From a virus (Duplodnaviria > Caudoviricetes): a stretch of DNA of 64,000 nucleotides. The notes under the pieces are model-generated. The model was not told the DNA's origin. It ran no database searches and saw only the letters and a list, made by a program, of their open reading frames with translations. The stretch covers positions 95,838 to 159,837 of the IMG/VR virus record IMGVR_UViG_2706796753_000001; one strand, given 5' to 3'. This document shows positions 40,760-51,645 of the stretch, piece after piece. Numbering within the stretch: position 1 is the stretch's first letter; every line of letters begins with the position of its first letter. The position numbers and the translations under genes are program-made.

Positions 40760-41856
40760 AGATTGGAACAATACCAGCAGCAGTTATCTCGACGTTCTTC
40801 TTCACTTCTATAGGAGATAGAGCATATGCGGAGACGATTAGTAACGATTCGTTCTTTGATAAGGGTAAGAACATGTTCTCAGGATTCCTTCAAGATACGT
40901 TCATGCCCGATGTCAACCCAATAAAAGAAGTAATGGATTGGTTCGGAGAGTTTGTGAATCTTATTAAAGACTTACCACACAATATTGTAAAGATGTCCGC
41001 AGAACTATTATCTTGGATATATGACTTATGTGCTGGGCTTATCCTTAAAACACCACTGTTCTTATTTGATAATGAATGGTTCACAACGATGAGCTTAGGG
41101 TTCAGCGGGGTATCTGTAGGGATTGTAGTTGTGCTTACTATTATAGAATGTATCAAGCGTATGTTATCTGGAGCAAATAAGAAGTTAAGACCGATGGAGT
41201 TTACAACAATCATGAAGCGTTGGTCTTTAGTAGCTGGTGTTACTTCCATTACACCTTTCCTATTCAAATCTGCTTTTAAGGTCTTGAATTTCATATCTGG
41301 TAAACTCACAAGCATGGGTAGCGAAATTATGACAGCTAGCGCCTTGACTACTACATTTAGTACGATTGATGTCATCACACTATTAGTATTCGATGCGATA
41401 CTGATTTCTACGGTAATCCCGATGCTATGGACAAATGGAAGAAGATTCTTTGACTTACTGGTACTAGGCGTAGTAGCTCCTGTCGCCCTGAGTTGTTGGG
41501 TATTTGATTCACATAGACATTTCTTCAATCAATGGTGGAGTAACGTAAAGCATTTGTCTCTCGTGCAAGTCTATCATTCTCTGTTTCTATTAATAATCGG
41601 GTTATTCATCTTTGGTATCCCGTTCCCAGCAGACTTCACAGGTACAATCGTTAAATTGCTCGTTGTAATCGGAGGATTTGCTCGTATGCAGAACCCACCT
41701 AAAATTATTGCAAATAAATTAGATAACGGAAAGGGATTAGACGAAGTGATGAAGAGTAATGTGAAAGAGACATCTAAAAAATTAATTAAGAACTTTGCGA
41801 TGTCAAAAGCTACAATCTTAAGTCCGCTAACGTTATTTAAGAAAATTAAAAAATAA
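40636..41856 (+). CDS. VirB6/TrbL-like polytopic membrane protein (start uncertain)
   Basis: Six or more TM segments; LLVLGVVAPVALSCWVF....FFNQWW......LVQV.H motif typical of Gram-positive TrbL/VirB6. Confidence 0.65.
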   Translation: MDAGYHKGNHTGTDKRSKYLHYLPSSKLLIQKFKLLKSRLLKIGTIPAAVISTFFFTSIGDRAYAETISNDSFFDKGKNMFSGFLQDTFMPDVNPIKEVMDWFGEFVNLIKDLPHNIVKMSAELLSWIYDLCAGLILKTPLFLFDNEWFTTMSLGFSGVSVGIVVVLTIIECIKRMLSGANKKLRPMEFTTIMKRWSLVAGVTSITPFLFKSAFKVLNFISGKLTSMGSEIMTASALTTTFSTIDVITLLVFDAILISTVIPMLWTNGRRFFDLLVLGVVAPVALSCWVFDSHRHFFNQWWSNVKHLSLVQVYHSLFLLIIGLFIFGIPFPADFTGTIVKLLVVIGGFARMQNPPKIIANKLDNGKGLDEVMKSNVKETSKKLIKNFAMSKATILSPLTLFKKIKK

Positions 41857-41868
41857 GGAGAGGTTCTT

Positions 41869-41982
41869 ATGAGTATCACAACACTGATTTTACTGAATAC
41901 AACGATGTTATTGGCGACTGCGGCTGTGAATGCTGTGCAATGTGTCATCATTATGAAGGAGTTGAAGCATCATGAAGAGTAA
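41869..41982 (+). CDS. Small hydrophobic peptide (37 aa, not in track)
   Basis: AAGGAGAGG RBS; MSITTLILLNTTMLLATAAV...; overlaps the FtsK start. Confidence 0.55.
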   Translation: MSITTLILLNTTMLLATAAVNAVQCVIIMKELKHHEE

Positions 41983-44230
41983 GGGATACAAGAATATATC
42001 GAACTACTTCTCACAGGTTGAGGACGTACCAAAGGCATTCAATCATATTCTACAGACAGATACAGATGGTGTGTTCGGGTTAGAAGTAGAATTATTTAAA
42101 GGTGGGCGTAATATTACAGTTGTTACGCCACCTCAGATTCGTTTTGATGAGACAAATGTTTTACCATATCGTTTAACGCTCCTGTCGAGGCGTACAGACG
42201 ACGTGTATGCTTATGAAGGTTATTTATCTAGACCGAGTTTCTTGCCGTTGTATGGAGGTATGAAGGGCTTATTCTTAAAAGAATTGCTGGAGATACAAGT
42301 CAGAGAGGACGAAGTTATAGAAATACAGTGGCTGTTCAAGAAATATGTGGATGATTGGTTGATGACATCTATTGATAGATACCGCAGTTACTTGGCTGGT
42401 AATGATTATCCTGCTGGAACGAAAATAGGGAGAAGGTTTCAAGATAAGATACTCCATACGATTAATAAATTGTCATCCTTTGATATGGCTCGAACATATA
42501 GTGAGAAAGTGGAACAGAAGATTATCGGTAATGTGTTCAAATTTAAACTAGGAGTTACGATTCGCTCTAAAGAGCCTTCAACGCTCGTACAGCAGCTAGA
42601 ATCGATATTCCGTAAATATGACTCACACAATTCACTAAGTCTCTACAAACGCAAGCTAAAGGGATTAAAAGATGAATATGAGGAAAGGCTTGTAATGAAT
42701 GGAGACAATGTACTAAGTGATGTGGAAATCGTATCCTTACTAGGAGGAAACGTAGTAGCTCCTCACAAAGAGTTGGCTGTTGTTCCTGATAATACTGAAC
42801 AGGTTGTAGCAAAGAAAGGCACACCTAGTAAGAATATCGGAGGACTTGTTGAGGTGCTGCCTACATATCCACGAGAAGAAGTGAAAGTCGATGAGAATAT
42901 TGTGCCCGCTATAGCAGAAGCTATGAAGCGTGTAGGACTTATTAAACGAGCGCAGCTAACAAGTAGTTATATCACTTCGGGTGTGCGGTTAACTGTTGTT
43001 CAATGTGATATCCCTAAGAATAAGAATTTAAGTCATTTGCGCTCCAAGGCGACCGATATTCAAGCAGCTCTAGGTGTACCTTCCCTTAGTATAGAACAAG
43101 GAGACGAACCTGATACTGTTAAATTTACCCTTCCGAACGAAGAACCTTCTATTATAAGCTTACGGGAGTTATTAGAGGATGAACGCTTTCAAGAATATGC
43201 ACTAGATAATGACCTCCCATTCGTTGTAGGTGTAAATGAAATTGATGAACCGATATACTTATCCCTCAGTAAGCTCGTACATCTCATGATTGCAGGTACA
43301 ACTGGTTCTGGTAAATCAGTATTCTTGAATGCTTTAATTGTGAGCTTAATGGCTTCTACGCCTCCAGAACTATTACAGTTCTTTATGATTGACCCTAAGA
43401 TGGTGGAGTTAGCTCACTACGAGGGTATGGCTCATGTAGCCAAAGTAATTACAAATATGGAGAAGGCAGGAGAAACCTTAAGTCGTTTAACAATAGAAAT
43501 GGATAACCGCTACAAAGTATTTAAGGAGCAGGGAGTTAAGAATATCAAACTATACAATGAAGTTGCGGAAGAGAAGATGCCATACATCGTATGTGTGATT
43601 GATGAGTATGCAGACTTATTCGATGTAAACCCAGCAGTAGAGACGTATGTGACTCGCTTAGGACAGAAAGCTCGTGCAGCAGGAATTCATTTAGTTATCG
43701 CTACCCAGAGACCAGACTCGAAGGTTATTAGTGGACGTATTAAAACAAATGTACAGAATGCTATTAGCTTCAATTTAAACAGTAATACGAACTATCGTAC
43801 TGTATTCGGGAAAGGGATTGACTACACGCTTATGGGGCGTGGGGATGGTGTCATGAAAATAGAAGGTTACCCAAAGGAATTCCAAAGATTCCAGAGTGCT
43901 ATTGTATCTCCTAATGAATCTAAAGAAGGAGAGGTCTTCCACACTATTAAAGAATACTTTGGTGAAGTAGCAGACCACGAAGAGCCAGATAATGACGATG
44001 AGGTTACAGAAGATGAGCCCTTAGTTAAATTGAAGAAGATTATCGCTCGTACAAGAGAAACAAAGGTTGGTAGATTGCGAGAGCTTATGGAGATTAAGGC
44101 AGAGGTATTGACTGAGCTGATGGGGCAGTTAGTGGAAGAGGGTTGGCTTATCAAGCATGCGTCTAAGGCGAAAGGCTATGAGCTTATTATTCCCGATGAG
44201 ATGTTAGATAAATATAAAGGAGATTGGTAA
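41972..44230 (+). CDS. FtsK/SpoIIIE-family DNA translocase
   Basis: Alpha domain, Walker A AGTTGSGKS, MIDPK.VEL, Walker B VIDEYAD, GQKARAAGIHLVIATQRP, C-terminal winged helix. Confidence 0.92.
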   Translation: MKSKGYKNISNYFSQVEDVPKAFNHILQTDTDGVFGLEVELFKGGRNITVVTPPQIRFDETNVLPYRLTLLSRRTDDVYAYEGYLSRPSFLPLYGGMKGLFLKELLEIQVREDEVIEIQWLFKKYVDDWLMTSIDRYRSYLAGNDYPAGTKIGRRFQDKILHTINKLSSFDMARTYSEKVEQKIIGNVFKFKLGVTIRSKEPSTLVQQLESIFRKYDSHNSLSLYKRKLKGLKDEYEERLVMNGDNVLSDVEIVSLLGGNVVAPHKELAVVPDNTEQVVAKKGTPSKNIGGLVEVLPTYPREEVKVDENIVPAIAEAMKRVGLIKRAQLTSSYITSGVRLTVVQCDIPKNKNLSHLRSKATDIQAALGVPSLSIEQGDEPDTVKFTLPNEEPSIISLRELLEDERFQEYALDNDLPFVVGVNEIDEPIYLSLSKLVHLMIAGTTGSGKSVFLNALIVSLMASTPPELLQFFMIDPKMVELAHYEGMAHVAKVITNMEKAGETLSRLTIEMDNRYKVFKEQGVKNIKLYNEVAEEKMPYIVCVIDEYADLFDVNPAVETYVTRLGQKARAAGIHLVIATQRPDSKVISGRIKTNVQNAISFNLNSNTNYRTVFGKGIDYTLMGRGDGVMKIEGYPKEFQRFQSAIVSPNESKEGEVFHTIKEYFGEVADHEEPDNDDEVTEDEPLVKLKKIIARTRETKVGRLRELMEIKAEVLTELMGQLVEEGWLIKHASKAKGYELIIPDEMLDKYKGDW

Positions 44231-44398
44231 AAAAAAATTAAAAAAGTGTTTTACTTTTAGTAAAAGTGTGATAGTATAAGAGTAAGAAAAGAAAACAAAC
44301 GAGAGGGGTGTTGCTTAGAGGTTTCCCAGTTAATGTTTAACTAATGAAGCTGTCGTGTCAGTTTACGTTAACAAAACATAAAATAGGGGGAAATACAA

Positions 44399-45079
44399 AT
44401 GAAAAACACAACTAAAAAGTTTGCAATCGGTGGCGCTTTAGTAGCATCTTTATTAATCGGAGCTGTTGGCGGTGCAGGTGCAAGCAGTTACTTAAATGAC
44501 AATACACAGGATTTAGTTAAATTCAAAGCATGGAGCAATGAGCTAACTGATAAAGTAGTTTCAAAGACTCAAGCAAATAAAGAATTGCAAGCATCCATCG
44601 CTAACTTAGAAAAGGCAAACAAAGAACTACAAGCCGCAAACCAACAAAAGGATGCAGAAATCGAGAAACTAAATAATGAAATCTCTGCCTTTGTAGCACA
44701 AACACAGGCACTACAGAAAGAAATCGAGAACAAGAACGCTACAATCGAAGACCTAACTAAGAAGGTAACGAATCTAGAGTCACAGGTTAAAGGGCTTCAA
44801 GATAAGATTAATGGTCTAGAGAAAACAAATGCAGAGCAGACAGCTACTATTAAGAATTTACAAGATACGTTGACTGCTACTCAACAAGCGTTAAAGAATA
44901 CTCAAGTAATCTTAGATGCTACTAAAAAAGAGCTAGATAAAGCAAATGCATCTGGTAAAGAAAAAGATAAGAAGATTGCAGACCTTGAAGCGAAGTTAAA
45001 AGAGTACCATGATGAAGTGGGTACACTTAAACCATTACAGCAGCAACAAGAGAAAAAAGTTAAAGATTCTGAGAAATAA
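44399..45079 (+). CDS. Secreted or membrane-anchored long coiled-coil protein
   Basis: Signal-like N-terminus MKNTTKKFAIGGALVASLLIG plus ~170 aa heptads; promoter at 44250, terminator at 45086-45113. Confidence 0.8.
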   Translation: MKNTTKKFAIGGALVASLLIGAVGGAGASSYLNDNTQDLVKFKAWSNELTDKVVSKTQANKELQASIANLEKANKELQAANQQKDAEIEKLNNEISAFVAQTQALQKEIENKNATIEDLTKKVTNLESQVKGLQDKINGLEKTNAEQTATIKNLQDTLTATQQALKNTQVILDATKKELDKANASGKEKDKKIADLEAKLKEYHDEVGTLKPLQQQQEKKVKDSEK

Positions 45080-45120
45080 TATAACGAGGGAGACCCTTCG
45101 GGGTTTCCTTTTATTAAGGA

Positions 45121-48100
45121 GTGGTTAAGATGGATATAACTAAAGAACAACTTGAAGAGTATAAGAGCCATAAATGGTTCGCTTGTCAAATGGATGAAGG
45201 CTTTGTCGCATCTGCTAACACATTAAAAGAACTGTTAGAGAAGTTCGGTAGGACTAGTGCTACACATATGTTTAAAGGTGTATACGAGTTTAAGGACTAT
45301 GCAGAACAATATGGATGGACTGTTTCGATTTATAAAGGAGCAGACCTTGCTAAACGGATGGGCGGATTTATCATTGATGATGACGAATGGAACACTTGGC
45401 ATAAAAACTATTAGGAGATGATTTGAGTGAAACTTCTAGAGAAACTGAAATGGAAAGGGAAAGTTGATACGACGAGGTACTGATAGCTGTTGGGGTTGCT
45501 TCTACACTATTCGTAGGATATAAGTATTTAGTTCCACCATCACCAGTGGATACTCCTGCGATGCATCAATCTGTATCTAAATTAGATTTAAATCAAATTA
45601 CGGATTTTGAGAAGCTGCTAAACTCTGCTACATCACAAGATAGTATGGAATATCTTAATGCACGATGGACTGTAATGGACGATAAGACACTTGTAGTGTA
45701 CTTAGATATTAAGTCTATTCAGAATTATAACAGGTTTAGCGAGAAACAGGCTTATACGTTCGCTCAGGGCTTCGGGGATAATCTGCAAGCATTCCTTCAA
45801 GAATTCAATAATGTCTTCTACAACGGACGTGCAGCTAAGGGAGAACTCGTGTTAATCGTTAAAGATTATGAAGGTAAAGAAATTACAAGAATTTATTAAA
45901 AAGTACTTTACAGAAAGTAAAATACATGATAAGATAAAGACAAGTTAAAGGAAGTTAAATCTTAACAAGAGGTGATTGAATATGGCATACGATTATGAAA
46001 GTAATGATGGTCTTTGTAAAAGTAATAATGCAGAATTTATTAATAATTGGAACAGGATTGGTAAGGAGATGGCAGAGAATGAACGTGAATGGGTAGAACA
46101 ACTACGTTCACAAGGAGTAAAAGCTGCTCACCCTGATGACGGGTGGGTAGACCGTGAGAACAATACGATATACTTTGCATATCCTCAGTTTAATGATGGG
46201 GTACAAGTTGGTGATACAATTGCACTAGGGTGGGATTGGCATAGAACTAGACTAGTACGAGTGATTGGTGTCATAGAACAGCCGCTTATGGGTGAACCGA
46301 GATACGCATTTGAGCCAATTGTTGAACCAGCGGGAAAGAAGCTAAGATGGTGGGAAAGACTACTATTCGGTAAAGAGGATTAGAGAGGAGTGTTTGTATG
46401 AGAACTGTAAAAGTTGTTTATGTTAACTACATAGGGGATGTGTATGAGTTACAACGAAAAGTATCTATGGATGGTTCTTATTACTTCGTAAACCTAAATG
46501 GAGAGCTTAGATGTACACTAGACCTAAATAAGCCGTTCCCAGTATCTGCACTCCCTAGAGGTGCTAAACGTATCGGTGAACAAGACATTAATAAAAAAGA
46601 TTTAACTCTAGGTAAGTTAATCAAAACACAGAATGAGCTGCAAGACAAGATAGCAAGTCTGGAAGACGCGTCTCGTGAAATAGGGGAAGACATATTCGAA
46701 ATGTTCAAGAACCTCCCAGAAGAAGAAATCCATACTTACTATCGTATGATGAACAAAGAGAATGAGAGCTATATACGATTCGAGATTTTCAAAGAATTCG
46801 TACTGCACAATAAATCTAATGGAGGTAATTAAAATGAGTAAAACATTCGAAGTATATGACGACTTAGTAGCGATTGACGTGAACGAAGTTATAAAAGTGG
46901 TTATTGGTACTGAAAGGAATCCTGTGAATTATAGATACGCAAAGGTTATTGAGAAAACTACGCATACTGTAACGAACAACAATCGATACGGTATAACTTT
47001 CAATGGCGGTACGAATGTATGGAACGTTACAGAGGAGGAGATGCAACAGCTATTCAATGTAGCTGAGAATAACAACATTAAGGTTGGAGACGACTTTGTA
47101 ATAACTGAATTACATCCTAGTTTAGGGGATGTAGGAGGCACAGGTCGTGTTGTTAGTGTTAAACGTAAGCCATCTAATAGTGTTACGTTAGTGGACATAT
47201 ACATTGAAGGTCGTGGAAATAGGTACGAATTATGTATAGGTGATTTAGATAAGTATATTGAGGTTATAAAAGAGGCGGAGGAAACAGAAATGAAAACAGA
47301 AAAGAGCCCATTTAATATTGTTGTGCAAAAATTTGATTATTCTGAAAGAAGATTGGAAAATGTATATGTAGGTGCAGATAACGATGAAGCGAATAACATT
47401 GATGCTAGTGGTAACGACTACCTAATCAAACAGTTATGGTTCGATGGCATGCTTATGTTTGAACTCATCCGCGATAATAAAGCACAAACATGGAGAGAAC
47501 TTAAAAACTATACGACGAACGTTGTGAAGGATTTGGAGAGAACATTAACAAAGGCTGGAGAGCTATACGAACGCGTATACACAGTAGAACAGATGCGTAA
47601 AGAAACAGACGGTATTGTAACAGGATATCCAGAGTTTACAGCAGACGTTCGCAATGTTTTTGGACAAGCTCAAAGATTACGAGATTGCTTAGAATCTATT
47701 AGAGTAGCAGACTAGGAGGAATAACAATGTCTGGATTAAGAAATGTAAACATCACTTTTGTAGTAACTGGTTTTGATGAGGAAAACCGTGATAGCGTAAC
47801 ATTATACGCAGGTTTTGATGAGGATGCGGCAGACGTAGCAGCAAAAGAGTCTACGTACTGTGACTTCTATAAAGAGGTGTGGCATCAGGGTAAGCAGGTT
47901 AAAATATACATGAAGTCTGCACCTGATGATGATTGGGTTGTATGGCATGATGGAGTTAAGAAACTAGTTAAGGAAGCTAACGAGACAGCATCTATTTTAG
48001 TCGGTCAACTTGACAAACTACATTACCTTAAGCCTTTGCTAGACCCGTTAGAAATACTAGAATTAGAGAGTGACTTAAAACGAATGACAGACTATGTGCG

Positions 48101-50604
48101 CTCAATCGAGTATACTATGGGTGAAATCAATGAGTAAATGTAACCGTGAGATGGCGAATAACGGGACAGGTGGGTGTATTACTTGCCCGTTCGCTTGGAC
48201 GGAAGAATCAGAACAGGCACAGAACTATGGATGTCTACCATGCGAGTACGACATTATTAAGATGAAAGAAGAGACTGGACACAATTGGGCTTGTCATTAT
48301 GATGAGACAGTTATGTGTGGTGGGTTTGCAAAGCATGTTAAGAAGCATAGACCTGATTTAGACCTAACTAAGGGAGGATTGATTTCTTATGATACATGGT
48401 ACAGAGAAGGACAAGACGTGGCAATACACGAGGCTAGGCGTAACGAAAGAGCAGATGATTGATTTCTGTTATATCATGGCGCGTGTGTTTGAAATGGAGT
48501 TTGCTAGTCCGTTCGAGTCATGGACAGATAGAGGGCTTACGCATGCATATAATTACTTTTATGATAGAAAACAGCAACTAGTAGATAAAGGAAAATGGAG
48601 AGTGGTTGAACAATGAAATTCGCAATAAAACTAGTAGATGAAATAACAAGAGCAGAGATGATTGACTATTGTATCAGGATTGACAAAGTATTTAATAGAT
48701 TGTCGAAAGATTACGAAAATATGCTTGACGATGAATTGGACAAGTGTTATACTAAAAGTGTAATAGATTGGCATGACTTATTAAATGATTAGGAGGAATA
48801 CATACTATGAGTATTTGGGAACTAAAACACGATTTAAAATGGGGTAGGGGAATGCTTGCTGTAGCAGGTACTACTTTGGCAATCTGTAGTGGTTACATGG
48901 TTTTCACAGATACACCATACCTTTTAAACTTCGTGACATCATTCTTGGCTGGTGGATGCTTCGCGGTAGCGCACACATTACATAAGGATTTAAAGAGATT
49001 ATGAGAGGTTTCATAGGGTTCGTGTTTATGTGGGCTGGAGTGTTCATAATGCTTCTCACTAACCTGCTAATCGGATTCACAGTGTTTATAGTAGGAATCG
49101 GGATGTGCAAATCTGCACACGATATAAAAGAAGCTAGAGAAACATTAAGAGACTTAGGAATTAAACAATAGGAGGAAATGAAAATGAAATCAAAAACAAG
49201 TAGAATTGTAGATGGTGTATTAGGATTAGCGTTAGGTATCGGAGGATTTTATAAATTTTACACAGATAAAGACCCGCTAGGTCTAGTATGTTCACTTGTA
49301 GGGTTTAACTTAGTAACTACTGCGATTGATAACTATGAGTTAGATAATAGAATCAAAGAATTAGAAGAGAAGATTAATAAGGAGGATGTTAACTAATGCA
49401 TAACACTTTAATTATTATGAGCGGTACAGCGTTATTTGTGGGTGGCTGGGCTATGATTCTAACAGGTAATGTTATCGCGGGAGCTGTCTTACTATCAATC
49501 GGGATGCTTATGTTAGGTCTGCTAGGAGGTATGGGGTTACTTTGGTGGCACTTTAAAACTGAGGGCTGCATTGATGAACAGTTCATACGTAAATACCGTG
49601 CAAAGGGTGGTAAAAAATAATGCAATGGGTTAAACTTCCACAGGTGGACAAGCTAGTAGCTACCCACAACAAACTAATGAACATTCCTTACTATGAATGG
49701 GGTGAGCTGGATAAGGAAACACAAAAGTTTAATAACTCTCTTCAATACATAAAAGAAAACAGCGTAACCGTACATAATATGAAAGAGACACTAGCACTTG
49801 CTACTGGTATGCGAGAACTAATGGAGATGCTAGAAGAATTCTATAAAGATGGTAAATTCAAAGAACATACAGACTATGAAAATGCTGTTACTGATTTCAT
49901 TCATGATATGCATCTCGTACACTATAAAGATAGCGTTATTACTGAGTAGGAGGTGCATTATGACATATAGAGAGCGGTTATTTGACCAGTGGGAGAAGGA
50001 AGATGAAGCTATCTACAGACGTCATGTATATGACGACTCTGTTCGCTCCTATAACATAGGAGATGTATTTGCTCTAGTACTAACGGAAGAGCCAGATGGT
50101 AGATTGCATGGTTACTATAAAGTACATAAAACGAATATGACCCTCACACTAGATGGCGAGGGCATGACAAGAGGTAAAATACTTAAAATGATGTGGGACA
50201 AGGCTAGACAAGTTAATCCAGCCTTACCAGTCCCAGTCGCATAGGAGTTTACTATGAATATACTTACATACATAAAGAAAGTTGGGCTTTTACTAGAAGT
50301 TCAACGGTGGTTAGGTGGCGTAAGAACGCATGGTGTGTTTGTAAATAGAAACCCGTTTAAAGTAGCTAGATACGAAAATCCAAAGGTTAGGAAAAAACGA
50401 GGCGGTAAATGGGTTAAAGTTACTCACGCTATGTTCGCTGATTACCCTAAATACTACTATTGGCTTCCTGTAGATGGTGGATATAGAATGGCTGAGGAAT
50501 ACATAATTGCTGAGGAATATTATGAAAATAATAAGTTAGTAAAAGAACGATGGTTGATTAATGTTAATCATCGAAATTCATGGACTACAAAAACTTACAA
50601 ATAA
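45121..50604 (+). other. Cluster of small hypothetical and membrane genes
   Basis: About 16 contiguous ORFs; class 1 promoter TTTACA(45907)-17bp-TAAGAT; four short TM peptides at 48807-49620. Confidence 0.7.
48130..48462 (+). CDS. Cys-rich metal-binding protein
   Basis: CITCPF...GCLP...WACH...CGG. Confidence 0.6.
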   Translation: MSKCNREMANNGTGGCITCPFAWTEESEQAQNYGCLPCEYDIIKMKEETGHNWACHYDETVMCGGFAKHVKKHRPDLDLTKGGLISYDTWYREGQDVAIHEARRNERADD

Positions 50605-50620
50605 AAAGGAGAAATGTTAA

Positions 50621-51547
50621 ATGACAGGATTTGAACAAAAGAAATACACAAAGGTATTACGTTATGGGAAGAAAGGCACAGCAGGATTATTAACACCTGA
50701 GACAGAGATTGTTATCTTAGAGAAGGTTGATGGTAGTAACGCATCATTTGGTAATGATACAGAGCTTAATAAATTACGAAAGTTCTCTCGAAACAACGAG
50801 TTAACAGATGTATACGGTTTGAACGGATTCGTAGAGTGGGCTGATAAGGCTATCAATCCTAATGAGCTGCTACCAGATGTATTATACTTCGGTGAATGGT
50901 TAGCGCCACACAAAGTACAGTACCCAGAGTATACACGTACATTCGTATTGTTTGACTTATTTGATACAGTAACTCGTACATACGCTTCTTTCGATGATGT
51001 AGAGGCGGAAGCGAAACGATTAAACCTTAAACTTGTACCAGTGTTATACCGTGGTAAGTACATCAGCTACGAGCACCTTGAGTCATTTGTTGGGCAAACT
51101 CAAATGGGAGGTATCATTGGAGATAAGAAAGGTGGCGAAGGTATCGTTGTTAAACTAGCATCAAATGATAACAGCGTATTCTTGAAACTAGTAGACGAGG
51201 CATTCTTGGAAGTACATAATAGAGGTGGTAACTCTCAACAGAAAGCACCTAAAGACCCTAATAAGGTAAGTGAGGAGCGTAAATTCGTTAACAATACTGT
51301 TACGAAGGCTCGTGTGGATAAAATCATCTACAAGCTGCAAGATGAGGGGAAACTACCAGAAGAAATTACAATCCAAGACATGGGATTAATCTTAAGTCTT
51401 GCTGGTAGATTAGTATACGATGACATCATCGAGGAAGAGCGTGATATGCTTCCAGAAGAGTTCGAGCCTAAAGAAGTTCGACGTGCTATCGGTGGCGTTC
51501 TACCTAACATTGTTAAAGAAATCTTAAAGGAACGCGGTACATACTAA
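50621..51547 (+). CDS. RNA ligase, Rnl2 family
   Basis: Motif I EKVDGSN, FGEW, VLFD, GEGIVVK, FLK. Confidence 0.88.
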   Translation: MTGFEQKKYTKVLRYGKKGTAGLLTPETEIVILEKVDGSNASFGNDTELNKLRKFSRNNELTDVYGLNGFVEWADKAINPNELLPDVLYFGEWLAPHKVQYPEYTRTFVLFDLFDTVTRTYASFDDVEAEAKRLNLKLVPVLYRGKYISYEHLESFVGQTQMGGIIGDKKGGEGIVVKLASNDNSVFLKLVDEAFLEVHNRGGNSQQKAPKDPNKVSEERKFVNNTVTKARVDKIIYKLQDEGKLPEEITIQDMGLILSLAGRLVYDDIIEEERDMLPEEFEPKEVRRAIGGVLPNIVKEILKERGTY

Positions 51548-51559
51548 TACATATAATAG

Positions 51560-51645
51560 GAGAGGCTCTGCCTCTCTTTTTTATGAAAATTAATAGATAA
51601 ATTTAAATAAAAAGTGTTGACTTAAAGTAAAACGTATAGTAATAT
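51560..51645 (+). promoter_or_regulatory. Terminator plus class 1 promoter
   Basis: GAGAGGC-TCT-GCCTCTC-T run; TTGACT(51617)-17bp-TAATAT. Confidence 0.75.

Noticed and set aside
40890-41951. Long minus-strand ORFs (212 aa, 125 aa)
   Set aside because: Antisense shadows of the hydrophobic VirB6-like gene, with no RBS or motifs. The same applies to the other minus-strand track ORFs.
38343-44230. Integrated plasmid or complete conjugative element
   Set aside because: No relaxase, VirB4, Rep, integrase or att-like flanks in the window, and composition looks similar to the rest of the phage.
44310-44385. preQ1-like riboswitch (AGAGGTT start)
   Set aside because: The complementary CCTCT strand and the correctly placed A-rich tail are missing.
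44399-45079. SMC or chromosome segregation protein
   Set aside because: Only generic heptads; no Walker motifs, and it has a signal-like N-terminus.
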